Shown: positions 37,405 through 47,446 of the stretch, piece after piece | Layout of the letters: every line of letters begins with the position of its first letter | Numbering within the stretch: the stretch's first letter is position 1 | DNA from: Giardia intestinalis | Lineage: Eukaryota | NCBI GenBank assembly: GCA_000002435.2 | Contig: CM018792.1 | DNA length: 64,000 nt | Strand: one strand, 5' to 3' | The notes under the pieces: generated by a model | Told to the model about the DNA's origin: nothing | What the model saw: only the letters and a program-made list of their open reading frames with translations | Databases searched by the model: none | Translations under genes and position numbers: made by a program

Positions 37405-39030
37405 ATGCTTTTCATCTTGGCGCTCCTGGGACTCTTATTATCAGATACTCCAGCATGGTGTCTTGGGGACCAAGTTCTGGGCGTATGGAGCCTGCAGTTT
37501 ACTGACTTTAAGTACTCAGGAGGGAACGGGACAGACAGATTTGAGTGCCCAGCCAATATAGCAGCTACTACTACGAAGAGGATACGACTGCTGGCTCCCA
37601 ACATTGCAATCAACGAGCAAACGGGCGCCACGGGCACTTGGACCATGGCGTACACGGAGGGCCTCGAGATACGCCTTAACGGTCTTAATTATCTGTTCTA
37701 CTTTGCATGGAAGGAGTATCCGCTGGAGGGTAGGGTGATGGTCAATTCTTCTTGCTGGCTATCAGCGCCAGGCATGGGGTGGGTCAAGAAGGACGGAATA
37801 GGGAATGCATCCCAGGCTTGTCTCTATGCGGAGCTTATTAGCGCGGACTCCAGCACGCTTTACAACATTAGGGACGAGAATGCACCGGGACCAGTGAACC
37901 CGACAGACCAGACAAGTCAGGGAGAAGCCTTATTATCGCGCCACGCGACCCTACCTTCGAGGAAGCTTCCAGTTCCACTACCTACAGGGGCTCACTATCG
38001 GAAGCTTCTCTCTGCTAACAAGCTCAGATATGCCAAGCGTGAATTTCGCAGGGAATTCTCGCACAATCTTTTCGGATTTGGGTCTGAATCTGAGACACGT
38101 AATGTACCGTATAAAGGCGATACTCTTCCGGATGACTTCGACTGGCGAGATGTCAATGGTGTCAGCTACATTCCTGGGGTCTTGGACCAAGGCGCTTGTG
38201 GCTCTTGCTTCACCTTTGGCGCAGTGCAGGCTATGAATAGTCGCATCATGATAGCCACCAATAGAACAGATCCTGTAGGTACGAAGACAATCCTGTCCAC
38301 TGAGCACGCTTTAGATTGCAATGTATACAGTCAGGGCTGCGACGGGGGCTTTCCAGAGCATGTCCTGAGGTTTGCAGAGACCAACGGGATAATGACAGAG
38401 GACGATTACTACATACCATATACTTCGGGGACGGACGGAGTAACGCGAGAGTGCAAGACATCTCCTGGCTCCAGGCGCTACTACTTCACGGCAGGCCAGC
38501 AGTTGGGTGGCTACTATGGAGCTGTCACCGATCCGGTTGAGATGCAATGGGAGCTCTACAGGCACGGTCCCTACCCTGTTAGCATATATGTCGATTCTGA
38601 TGGATACTTCTCCAGAGGGGATCTTTACGGTCCAGCGGACAATCACGAAACGGTTGATTCAGACGACCCCGAACGCCACTACTTCATCAGTGAGGTGAAC
38701 CATTGTGTTCTGCTCATAGGCTGGGGCACATTTGCAAACGGAACAAAGTACTGGATCATCCTGAATTCATGGGGTGAATCATGGAATGACCGGGGGACAA
38801 TGAAGATAGCAATGGGCACAAATGCATATGGAATAGAGTCATCGCCGACAACGCTGTACTGGATTCCTCATAATCCAGTTAGCAGCCAGCCCCAGGTGCA
38901 CATAAGATTTATTCTGCGCGCCCTTTTGTTCCTTGTCGCTGGGTTATGTGGACTTTCAGTCATCGGGCTCCTGATCGCTATTTGCGTAGTTAAGTCCCGC
39001 GGGACAAAATACCGTCCAATAATTGCATAA
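37405..39030 (+). CDS. Cathepsin C / dipeptidyl-peptidase I-like C1 cysteine protease with exclusion domain, intact catalytic triad and a C-terminal TM anchor
   Basis: Signal peptide, then DTPAWC..LGVW exclusion-domain start (cf. DTPANC..LGTW). Catalytic domain collinear with DPPI (QGACGSCFTF, QGCDGGFPE, NHCVLLIGWG, LNSWGESWNDRG). C-terminal FILRALLFLVAGLCGLSVIGLLIAICVV helix plus KSRGTKYRPIIA tail. Confidence 0.85.
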   Translation: MLFILALLGLLLSDTPAWCLGDQVLGVWSLQFTDFKYSGGNGTDRFECPANIAATTTKRIRLLAPNIAINEQTGATGTWTMAYTEGLEIRLNGLNYLFYFAWKEYPLEGRVMVNSSCWLSAPGMGWVKKDGIGNASQACLYAELISADSSTLYNIRDENAPGPVNPTDQTSQGEALLSRHATLPSRKLPVPLPTGAHYRKLLSANKLRYAKREFRREFSHNLFGFGSESETRNVPYKGDTLPDDFDWRDVNGVSYIPGVLDQGACGSCFTFGAVQAMNSRIMIATNRTDPVGTKTILSTEHALDCNVYSQGCDGGFPEHVLRFAETNGIMTEDDYYIPYTSGTDGVTRECKTSPGSRRYYFTAGQQLGGYYGAVTDPVEMQWELYRHGPYPVSIYVDSDGYFSRGDLYGPADNHETVDSDDPERHYFISEVNHCVLLIGWGTFANGTKYWIILNSWGESWNDRGTMKIAMGTNAYGIESSPTTLYWIPHNPVSSQPQVHIRFILRALLFLVAGLCGLSVIGLLIAICVVKSRGTKYRPIIA

Positions 39031-39205
39031 AATCACTTCCATCTCAACACTTGCCCTTGTCTATCGCTCTTCTGAGCATCCTAGACATCTATTTTCACCA
39101 AGCAAGATTCCCGTTCGCACGTTGTAAACACACACACACACACTTTCCCGCGAAGTTGAGCCGGTAGGTCAGAAAAGTGTAGAGCTAGATTTACTTGCAG
39201 ATGGC

Positions 39206-39802
39206 TCATATTTCGACCATTATGTCAAGATCATTAGAAGCAGCTACCTGCCCCGGAAGCGAAACGGGTATGTCTGCGAAGTTTTCTTCATCAATCTCCG
39301 CCATTAGGTTCGCTAGGTCATTAGCAATTGCTGAGGCCTTGTCTCTATCGCCTTCATTAAGCTGTGTAAGGAAATCTGCGCTCATTTGTTCATGCTCACG
39401 AATATTGCTCAGCAGATCTGCGGCCTGGTCTCCCATGGCAGCAGTGTTGTCAAGCATCTTAGTTGCCACTGTAGCAGACATCTTAAGCTCTATCTGCTCT
39501 CTGCGTGTTTCAAGAGAAGCAAGGACGGTAGAAAGTTGGTTCACGACTTGCGACGAAGTCTTTATCTGGCTATTGACGTTTTGCATAAGCTTCAACTTTC
39601 TCTCGGCTCCATCTTTATCATTTTTCTTGAGAAGCTCCTTGGCCTCCTCCCTCAAGGATGTGACTTTGGCTTGCTGCAGGGCAATTTCAGCCTCTTTGTC
39701 GGCTATCCCCTTGGTCATCTTCTCGATCTCCTTCTTGACGGTATCGAGCGCTTCCTTTGTCTTCTTGTCGTCATTGCCATCCTTTGTCTTTCTCTTGAAC
39801 AT
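39206..39802 (-). CDS. ESCRT-III subunit, Snf7/CHMP family, 198 aa
   Basis: Basic N-terminus (MFKRKTKDG..), helical-hairpin heptads, acidic C-terminal half. Collinear similarity to CHMP4/Vps32-type proteins (..EAKELLKKNDKDGAERKLKLMQ.., ..TKMLDNTAAMGDQAADLLSNIREHEQMSADFLTQL..). Confidence 0.65.
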   Translation of the reverse strand: MFKRKTKDGNDDKKTKEALDTVKKEIEKMTKGIADKEAEIALQQAKVTSLREEAKELLKKNDKDGAERKLKLMQNVNSQIKTSSQVVNQLSTVLASLETRREQIELKMSATVATKMLDNTAAMGDQAADLLSNIREHEQMSADFLTQLNEGDRDKASAIANDLANLMAEIDEENFADIPVSLPGQVAASNDLDIMVEI

Positions 39803-39949
39803 TTTCTTTTTTAAATACTTGTCTTTGAGAGCAATTAACTAATTTTTTGGTTTGCTTGTTAAGCAAAGGGCTGAACGCAAATCGCTGGGACAGGCGTCGT
39901 CGTGTAGCCGTGTTGCGTAAGGGATAATACTCTTTCTTATGTGCAGTCT

Positions 39950-40555
39950 ATGGCTTATTTATTCGGACAATCAGGAGATTTTTTAAGAGAGGCCCTCGGC
40001 ATTTTATTTTCTATGAGTGCGGCAGCAGATGCTAAAAGAATCAAAGCACTTGACGCGGCCATCGCTGAGAAGCAGAAGAAAATTGAGCACTTGCGCAAGA
40101 AGTGCGCCACAGTCTTCCTGGGGATAAAAACGCTTTTATCTCAAGGGAAGGAAGACGAGGTGGAGCAACTTAAAATCGATCTAACCTTTATAAAAGAAGA
40201 CACACAGAACCTGAAATACGACATCTATGAGCTCAATATGGAGAAGCAATATCTACAAGAAAAGATTGAGTCTCAGAGAAAAGACAAGCACAAGAAAAAG
40301 TCCTCTTCGAAAGACGGAGACCTCGGTGAGATAGAGGAGAGGATTGCTGCCCTGTTGAAGAGCTCTGAAAAGTCAGCTGATGCTCAAGAGCAAATGGAAA
40401 GGATTGAGATTGAACAAATGGGGATGGAGGCTTTTAAAAAGAGCATGAGAGAAACAAATCCAGCAAAACGACAGGAGCTTGTTGGACTGTACAAACTATT
40501 ATGCAATGAACTGGACATCCCTATTGATGAGAACTGGCTTATGACTGCGTTTTGA
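39950..40555 (+). CDS. Hypothetical coiled-coil protein, 201 aa (possibly a divergent ESCRT-III-like protein)
   Basis: Track start is GTG; first ATG at 39950 gives MAYLFGQSG... Lys/Glu-rich heptad repeats; internal E-x2-R-I-x2-L-L-K MIM1-like stretch. Assignment speculative. Confidence 0.4.
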   Translation: MAYLFGQSGDFLREALGILFSMSAAADAKRIKALDAAIAEKQKKIEHLRKKCATVFLGIKTLLSQGKEDEVEQLKIDLTFIKEDTQNLKYDIYELNMEKQYLQEKIESQRKDKHKKKSSSKDGDLGEIEERIAALLKSSEKSADAQEQMERIEIEQMGMEAFKKSMRETNPAKRQELVGLYKLLCNELDIPIDENWLMTAF

Positions 40556-40634
40556 CTTTTATATCTAAGTAAACTGGGGATCTATACGCATGCTGACGAC
40601 CTGCCTGTGTCATAAAATTAATTAGTCCGATCTC

Positions 40635-43055
40635 ATGAAGGCCAGGAGTCGCAACATCCTTAGCATCATCGAAAACTCTCTCTTTTGGTGCCAGTACAGT
40701 AATGTGCTTACTGAGATACGTCAAGAGTACGGTTTTCTGCCCCATTCGTCTCTGAAGCGTTACAAAACAATATTGGCACTTCACGAAACAACCGAACGGA
40801 TAAGTAAGGAGATACATACACTATCTAATAGACGAGCAGCAGTGCCTAGCGCGGATAACCCCGCCACAGCTGACCGCCTAGTCTATCTTTGTAGACAGCT
40901 AATAGCTTACCAAAGAGAGAAGGTGGCACATGCCAGCGCAGCACTCCTGGAGCTTAGGCAGGCCCAGAACTCCATTGCCTATTGTAATCTAAAGCATGCA
41001 GACGATGCATCTGTTGCCCAGGTGTTGACCAGTGTTCACAGTTTTCAACAATCTCTCTTCCAACAAGGCCAGACTGCGGATGCGGCAGAAGCACAGTTTG
41101 GTGCCTCCGACCTGTTTGCGTGTTACCGGAACTTCAGCGCGTCTGGCCTTTTGGGCCCGTCCCCCTACCTCCCACTTAACCCACACATTCTTGAACCGTG
41201 CTACATGCCAGACTTTAACGACTTACAGATGAAGACTGCCGGTGGGAAAACCACGTCGGGGTTTTCTCCGCCAGAGATTGTCAAGTCGAACTTTCCCTAT
41301 ACAGCCTGGCTGACGCCAGAGCAGCAACGAGGATTCAACATAGACGAGTCAGAGAAGGCCCGGGCCTGGTCTATCTTACTAGATAATAGCTATGCTGCAC
41401 ACACCTTTTATAAGTCTTGCTCGTCCTTTCTCGGGCTTGTGTCTATGATGGATTTTGATGTTACCTTCGAGGACTTCTGCAAGCTCAATGAGTGCGATCC
41501 ACAGCAGTCTGCGGACCTCTTTCAGTACTGGTCACATAGCTACAATACACTAAAAATTTTATCAGAAAGCGTTCCCATAGATGAGTTCACTTACTTCAAG
41601 CTGCGTCAGCTAGAGGAGAACAGTAAGTATCGCTACTGCCCCAATTGCCAGGTGCTTGTTGCACTTGGCGAGGAATGCCAGCTATGCCACTACAATGGTT
41701 TTGCCTGGATCATGTTTCAGCCTCTAAGTACGGAGCTTGATGAGCCTCGACTCAAACTTACCAGAACATCGACTAACAATAGCTACCAGTTTCCACCCAA
41801 TTTTTTTATGAAGGTGTTGCGCGACCCTATCAGATTGCTCAGGGAAATTCAGCAGATGCTGAAGAAAGCTTTGCAATGGTATAACGGATTGCTTAAGCAG
41901 AAAGTTACATCAGAGCCACTTAAAGAGTCGAGCAAGGAGCCCCCCAAGGATCAAGGTCATGGAGTACTGGCAACACCTGTGCTCACGCTATCCTCAATTA
42001 TCGGGAGCGGTAGTATACGCTGGACTGGCGTTAGCATTTCTAATGATATTACTAGCGCTAACTCCAATAGACTGGAAGCAGGAACGAACGGCGACATGAC
42101 CCCTGGGAGTGCTTCTGCCGCTAATGGGCCGCATGCCTCTATGCGCCAGACCAACTCCATAAAGAATACGAAGGTAATTCTAACCACAATGGAACATGCC
42201 TCTAGGCAAGATGTACAGCTTGTTTCGGGAAACAAACAATCATACCCCCTCTTTCTGAAGTCGCAAGCTGAGCTGTCGTCCTCTGATCGTATAGAGTTGT
42301 CTGATGAAGTCACCGTTCTCTATGAGCAGACTCAACCGACTGCTAGCAAGCCTCCACGCTCTTCCGTACGCAAGCAGGGGCACCGACGCTCTTCTCAAGA
42401 ACCTAGTATGCTCAGCAGTTCTGTCAGTGAGCACAGTGTCACAGGTGTGAAAATGGAGGTAAGCTGTACTTATGACGCTGTCTCAACAAACACAGATGCC
42501 ACCGAAGCAGGATATTGCTTCTGCTCCAAGAGCAATAAGAAGGTTTGTAGTGACGATATGATATGCTGCGAAAGCAACAATTGCAAGTTTGCCAACGAAG
42601 GATGGTTTCACGTTGATTGTCTTGGATTGCGGAGCCACTCTAATGAAACAGATGTGATGAGCAAGTTAGAGAGCGTCGAGTTTTATTGTCCAGGATGCTA
42701 CGTAGAGATTCTGAAGAAGCACATTAACGGTTGGCCCATGCTATTTCCGTTCTTGACAACAACAGAACAGCGGCAAGCACTTTTAGAATATGTAATCAAG
42801 CAGTGGCAAGAAAACTTCAGCATGAACCTGGATCGGGCCAGTAGACAGATCCGTCGGGAGGCAACAAGTCACCTTCATCACGTTGCTGCAGAACCAGAGC
42901 ATGACGACCTTACTGCACAGATCAATGCACTAGGAGCAGATTCTAATTTACAGAGGTCTGACGCAGTAGCAGGGTCTACTGCATTTCCACAACAATCTCC
43001 TGCACGACCCAGTCCACCACGATCAGAACGTCCTCCAAAGAAGGAAAAGTCATGA
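40635..43055 (+). CDS. PHD-finger protein with an ING-type PHD (YCFC...C..C...GWFHVDCLGL...YCPGC), 806 aa
   Basis: C4HC3 zinc-finger spacing and the EWFH-x-CVGL signature of ING-class H3K4me3 readers near residues ~615-690; remainder unassigned. Confidence 0.65.
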   Translation: MKARSRNILSIIENSLFWCQYSNVLTEIRQEYGFLPHSSLKRYKTILALHETTERISKEIHTLSNRRAAVPSADNPATADRLVYLCRQLIAYQREKVAHASAALLELRQAQNSIAYCNLKHADDASVAQVLTSVHSFQQSLFQQGQTADAAEAQFGASDLFACYRNFSASGLLGPSPYLPLNPHILEPCYMPDFNDLQMKTAGGKTTSGFSPPEIVKSNFPYTAWLTPEQQRGFNIDESEKARAWSILLDNSYAAHTFYKSCSSFLGLVSMMDFDVTFEDFCKLNECDPQQSADLFQYWSHSYNTLKILSESVPIDEFTYFKLRQLEENSKYRYCPNCQVLVALGEECQLCHYNGFAWIMFQPLSTELDEPRLKLTRTSTNNSYQFPPNFFMKVLRDPIRLLREIQQMLKKALQWYNGLLKQKVTSEPLKESSKEPPKDQGHGVLATPVLTLSSIIGSGSIRWTGVSISNDITSANSNRLEAGTNGDMTPGSASAANGPHASMRQTNSIKNTKVILTTMEHASRQDVQLVSGNKQSYPLFLKSQAELSSSDRIELSDEVTVLYEQTQPTASKPPRSSVRKQGHRRSSQEPSMLSSSVSEHSVTGVKMEVSCTYDAVSTNTDATEAGYCFCSKSNKKVCSDDMICCESNNCKFANEGWFHVDCLGLRSHSNETDVMSKLESVEFYCPGCYVEILKKHINGWPMLFPFLTTTEQRQALLEYVIKQWQENFSMNLDRASRQIRREATSHLHHVAAEPEHDDLTAQINALGADSNLQRSDAVAGSTAFPQQSPARPSPPRSERPPKKEKS

Positions 43056-43224
43056 ACCAACCGGTGCTTCTCACACCGAGCTTGGTCCTACACCCAAGCC
43101 GTGAACTCACCTGCATGACAAACGGTGAAAACACGGCTCACATGATAGGTTTACATCCGGACAAGCTCGTACCGCTCGGTCCTTCTCGCTTCGCATCGCT
43201 GTAGTATCTTCACAGAAACAGCGA

Positions 43225-44202
43225 TCAGTAATTTGCTCTTCCACTGCTCTTTTGCGGCGATCCAGGACGGTTCTGATTGTATCCACTATAGCCTAAGGAG
43301 TTATAGCTATCTTTGTTCATTGCCTTGAGTATCTGGAACGAGCACATAAGTGTGTCATCCACGCTCATCATGGCACCGGCATTATCGTATTCATCGCAAT
43401 AGTTCGGAGCCGAAAAGATAGTAACTAGTCTACGTTTGGCAAAGAATTCATACCCATCTTGGACGACCTGGTGTGCGCGACAGATGAGATCAAAGTCATG
43501 CTTCTTGAGGAACTTCATCACAATATCGTGCCCAAATGTAAACGACACACCTCTGTCATTTTCATGCCATCCAGTTATCCCCGGCTCAGGGTCGGACCAC
43601 AGAAGGTCACAGAGGAGACCCGAGTCAGGGACTTCTGTGGGACGTACTATCTTTTGAATGGCGTTGAGAGACGAAAGCTCCGGGCTCAGGCCCCCATGGG
43701 TGCAGAATATTTTATCATCTATGACAGCCGCGATCGGCAGCGCATCAAAGCAGCGCTTGAATGTCTTCCATAAATTAATAGAGTATCTCGTTTTGCACTC
43801 TTGGTAAAAGCCGTATATCCTGTTGATGGACGAGCACTCGTGGTTCCCACGAAGCATGAAGAAGTTCTCTGGATATTTGATCTTATAGCACAGAAGAAGA
43901 ATAATGCACTCCAAGCTCTGCTTCCCACGATCTACATAATCTCCGAGGAAAATGTAATTTGTGGCAGGGGGAAACCCTCCGTATTCAAAAAGGCGGAGGA
44001 GATCGTAAAATTGGCCATGTATGTCACCGCAGATCTTGATTGGAGCCTCAAGCTCTAGAAGAACGGGGTGAGAAATGAATATCTCAAACGCCTTGTTCAC
44101 CAGCTCTTCAATTTCGTGCTCTGGCAGGTCAACTTGCGAGCCGGGCTTCATTCCCCGCACTGATAACAAACGGTAAAGAATTGAATCCACATTTAGAGGC
44201 AT
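43225..44202 (-). CDS. PP1c: Serine/threonine protein phosphatase PP1 catalytic subunit
   Basis: Near-collinear with PP1 (GDIHGQ, GDYVDRG, LRGNHE, SAPNYC, HGG). Track start 44220 is TTG; first ATG at 44202 gives [13 protein letters not shown].. (cf. LNLDSIIGRLL in PP1). Confidence 0.93.
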   Translation of the reverse strand: MPLNVDSILYRLLSVRGMKPGSQVDLPEHEIEELVNKAFEIFISHPVLLELEAPIKICGDIHGQFYDLLRLFEYGGFPPATNYIFLGDYVDRGKQSLECIILLLCYKIKYPENFFMLRGNHECSSINRIYGFYQECKTRYSINLWKTFKRCFDALPIAAVIDDKIFCTHGGLSPELSSLNAIQKIVRPTEVPDSGLLCDLLWSDPEPGITGWHENDRGVSFTFGHDIVMKFLKKHDFDLICRAHQVVQDGYEFFAKRRLVTIFSAPNYCDEYDNAGAMMSVDDTLMCSFQILKAMNKDSYNSLGYSGYNQNRPGSPQKSSGRANY

Positions 44203-44424
44203 GCCAAGGCCAAAATCCAAATACAGATTTTTTATTCTGACCTAAATTTTCTTTACTAAAGCTGAAATTCAAATGATAGAAAGGCTGGAGAAATGCTAGA
44301 TAGCGCGAGAATAGCCGCTGTAAAGAAAGCTAATCTGCGCATCATATGCTTATGGTCGCGCCAAAAGGTCCTTTTATCTATTAGCCGTTCTTAAGCCGTA
44401 TTCTCAAGCTGTCAGGTCCTACCC

Positions 44425-46191
44425 TTAGCTAAGGGTCTTTGCATACCAGAATGTGCTTATTATCGCTCGCAACTCCTGAGATCTCGCATCAATAGACTCA
44501 TACATCTCTCTGCTGGCATCGTTGGCCCAACCGTCCTGCCCCCTTAATTTCTCCATAAAGGACTGCAGGTGTACGTGCTCGGATATTAAAGATTCTAAAT
44601 TTATGAGAATGTCTATAAGTTTAGACACCCGCATCTCTTCCCTCTTGATTTGGGTTGCCAAGGCATCCATTTTTGGTCTGTAGAGCGGATCCACCAAGGG
44701 TTCGTCATACGCCTCTGTTTGAGATGCATATACACCGCTGCTCTGCAGCATAGATGATATCCTATTAGTAAGGTTTCTTAGAAATTCTTTCACTGCTGGT
44801 GCACAAGACAGCCGATCCACGGAAGAGTGCAGAACGCTGCAATTAACAATGAATAGCGGTAAGACGGGGTGTCCCAGTATTGCAGAGTACATGGTTGTAA
44901 GCTTGGAGTAGAGGGTCTTATAAAAACGCAGTTTCTGTTGACACACTCGCAGCTCCAGCGAGTCTTGTGACCCCGATGAGTCTATCATTCTCATCTTGGA
45001 TAGTTGTTGAATAAAGACGGAGTCGTCTCTTACGAATGCAAGGCCCTTTGTAAATGTACTGTTCAAGCAATCCAGGAGCTCTCCTAGAAGTTGATTCCCG
45101 AGTTCTGGCAATACTCTTTCAATGAGCGCTCCAGTCAGCACACTGTCCTTGGCTTCTTGAGGAGGACAGGTGCTTGCATTGTGACATGCTCCTGTCCCCG
45201 AGAGAGCAGGATATGCAGTGAGGGGTGTCACACCAGGGGCATCGAAATGTAGACAGTCCTTTTGAGAGTGCAAGGGAGCCAGCCAAGCAGGAGTAAGCGG
45301 GGCAGCGCGATATGGGGAATTGATACCTACCGTAGCTAGGGACCGGCTCTCAAAGATGGCAATGAATAGGTTGTAGTTGGTAAGGATACGGGGTTTGAAA
45401 GAGTTAGTGAACTGGGCATAAAGATCTGGTGGCACCGTGCTTTGCAAGGCGACATATCGCTCATAAAGCGAAAGATAGGTTTGCTTAAAGCGTTGAATAG
45501 GACTTAGGCCCATTTTGGACCTTGGATCTGAGCGGGTTGCAAGTATACTCTCTAACTGTTTGGGTAAAAAGTCCTCCAATGCGTCGTAGAAAGGTTTGTT
45601 GAGCAGTATAGCGTTGACAATGTCTGTCCTTTGCCGTGCTAGCTGGACATAGAACGCTAGTCTGGGGTTGGTGGGCTCGGCGGTCTGTAGAACATCTAGC
45701 TCGACAGCTTCTGGGGAAATTTGAGGAGTCCTCGATCTAGTTGGAGACCCGTCTGTGTGTCCAGCAACGCTCCTCCGCGTCAACTCCAATGCAGACTCTG
45801 ACATTAGAGAGACTTCTTGCCCACGTTTTCGTTCATGTGGTGAAGGCTTGCCAGTAAAGTGCTGGCGCAAATATGTCTCGCATGTGACCAGGGTCTTGCC
45901 ACAGGAGATAGATATATCAAGTTCATCCTTCAAATATGATATGGCAGTGGTATTTCTGGAGTCCACGGCATACTTTAGTGCAGGAAACCCTTGGTTATCA
46001 ACTAGGCCGACCTCTGGTGCAAAGAAAGATAGATCCCTGCTGTACCCATTTCCCACATAAAGCATCAGCGCAGTACGACCCTCATCGTCACGTGTACGAA
46101 GCTTACTACCCATATATTTTAGCATCTGGACATTTCCATCCCGAGCAGAATTAAACCAGGCCTCATCTGTGTCCACTCCATTTGTGTTCAT
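44425..46191 (-). CDS. Ankyrin-repeat protein (Protein 21.1-like), ~588 aa
   Basis: Track start 46251 is GTG; first ATG at 46191 (MNTNGVDTDEAWFNSARDGNVQMLKY..). N-terminal ankyrin repeats, long C-terminal helical region. Confidence 0.6.
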   Translation of the reverse strand: MNTNGVDTDEAWFNSARDGNVQMLKYMGSKLRTRDDEGRTALMLYVGNGYSRDLSFFAPEVGLVDNQGFPALKYAVDSRNTTAISYLKDELDISISCGKTLVTCETYLRQHFTGKPSPHERKRGQEVSLMSESALELTRRSVAGHTDGSPTRSRTPQISPEAVELDVLQTAEPTNPRLAFYVQLARQRTDIVNAILLNKPFYDALEDFLPKQLESILATRSDPRSKMGLSPIQRFKQTYLSLYERYVALQSTVPPDLYAQFTNSFKPRILTNYNLFIAIFESRSLATVGINSPYRAAPLTPAWLAPLHSQKDCLHFDAPGVTPLTAYPALSGTGACHNASTCPPQEAKDSVLTGALIERVLPELGNQLLGELLDCLNSTFTKGLAFVRDDSVFIQQLSKMRMIDSSGSQDSLELRVCQQKLRFYKTLYSKLTTMYSAILGHPVLPLFIVNCSVLHSSVDRLSCAPAVKEFLRNLTNRISSMLQSSGVYASQTEAYDEPLVDPLYRPKMDALATQIKREEMRVSKLIDILINLESLISEHVHLQSFMEKLRGQDGWANDASREMYESIDARSQELRAIISTFWYAKTLS

Positions 46192-46216
46192 TCTTGGAAT
46201 TTTAAAGCATGCTCGT

Positions 46217-46723
46217 TTACTCGGGAAGCTGGGGAGCAACGGTTCCTGCACTCACTTCAGCCCAGTTTGTCGACAAGACAGTTCCGCAAGACTCCTGATA
46301 GCTCTTTAGCATAGCGCGCTTTGTGTCATCACTTCCATTCTGATAGATGTTACGGATTACAGCCATCAAGTCGCTGGGAGCGTCGTCTTCACCAGCGACA
46401 TCCATGGTGCGGTACTTCTCTGCCTTATCGTGTTTCTTAGCCGCTGCTTTCTCGGATTTTAGAAGATGCGTAAAAGCAACCTTGCTACTTGCCTGAAGCG
46501 ATATTTCGGCTTTGGAGGGCTTAATATTGACGCAGGGGTCTGAGACACCTCCACAGAGATCCAAAATATGCTTTTTGCCCCTCAATGTGATTGTGAGCTT
46601 GTGGGGATCCAGTTCATCGACAGCAGCACTAATCTCTCCCTCAGTTAGCTCTGGGGTATAGATGTCAATAAATAGTTTGGTGCCTGCAAGGTACCAACCA
46701 TAGCGAAGCTCGCTGTCAGACAT
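46217..46723 (-). CDS. CS + SGS domain protein (Sgt1/CacyBP-like co-chaperone lacking TPR), 168 aa
   Basis: C-terminal SGS signature ..[32 protein letters not shown].. (cf. SGT1 ..[31 protein letters not shown]..), preceded by a p23/CS-like beta-sandwich region. Confidence 0.75.
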   Translation of the reverse strand: [168 protein letters not shown]

Positions 46724-46777
46724 CGTTTTTTATGGCCAAGGAGCTTACTAATCCTGTCTTCATCAGGCCAGAAATAA

Positions 46778-47419
46778 ATGTCTGCGGAGGTCTACGAATT
46801 GGAAGTCTTCAAGGAGCAATTCAAGGATCGATTAGATGCCCTTACCACACTGGCGTCTGGGATTCAGAAGGCGGCAGCAGGAAGGCAATGGCCTTCCATA
46901 TCGTCGCCGAACTCGATATACAATAAAGCCATTCCTGCGATTGCTGCCATCCAGAACGAACACAGCCTTCTATCAGAAAGTCACCAGGTCTACTCCAAGA
47001 TGATCACAGCTGATGTCACCTGCGCTCTTAAGTCACTCGCGCAGGCCTACGAGGAACAAGGGAAAGAGATACTTTCAGAATACCGCCGACTGTGCAAAGA
47101 ATTTATGCAGTACAAGTGCGTTAAGCAACCTAGCTTAGATCCACCAAAAGCTCGGCAGATCTTGCTAGAATTTACTAAAGTCCTTGCGCCACTGCTCGAC
47201 AAGAAAAGAACTCTTACTGAGCTCTATGACGGCGAGGCAAAGCGTGCGCTGTTGCGATTCGTGGAGCTCACCGAAACGCTCACCCGTCAAGAAATGTCCT
47301 CTGTAATGGCCGTTCGCTCTGCCTTGTCCGTTCCAGGATGTCCTGTGGACAACAATGTGACATCAGAAATCTACTTGCTCTGCAAGGCAATCACTCAAGA
47401 GAGTTTTCAGCACATATAG
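46778..47419 (+). CDS. Hypothetical helical protein, 213 aa
   Basis: True ATG; no recognised domain; ends 27 bp before the convergent giant gene. Confidence 0.4.
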   Translation: MSAEVYELEVFKEQFKDRLDALTTLASGIQKAAAGRQWPSISSPNSIYNKAIPAIAAIQNEHSLLSESHQVYSKMITADVTCALKSLAQAYEEQGKEILSEYRRLCKEFMQYKCVKQPSLDPPKARQILLEFTKVLAPLLDKKRTLTELYDGEAKRALLRFVELTETLTRQEMSSVMAVRSALSVPGCPVDNNVTSEIYLLCKAITQESFQHI

Positions 47420-47446
47420 TATGGGACATACATATCTACTCTGCAT

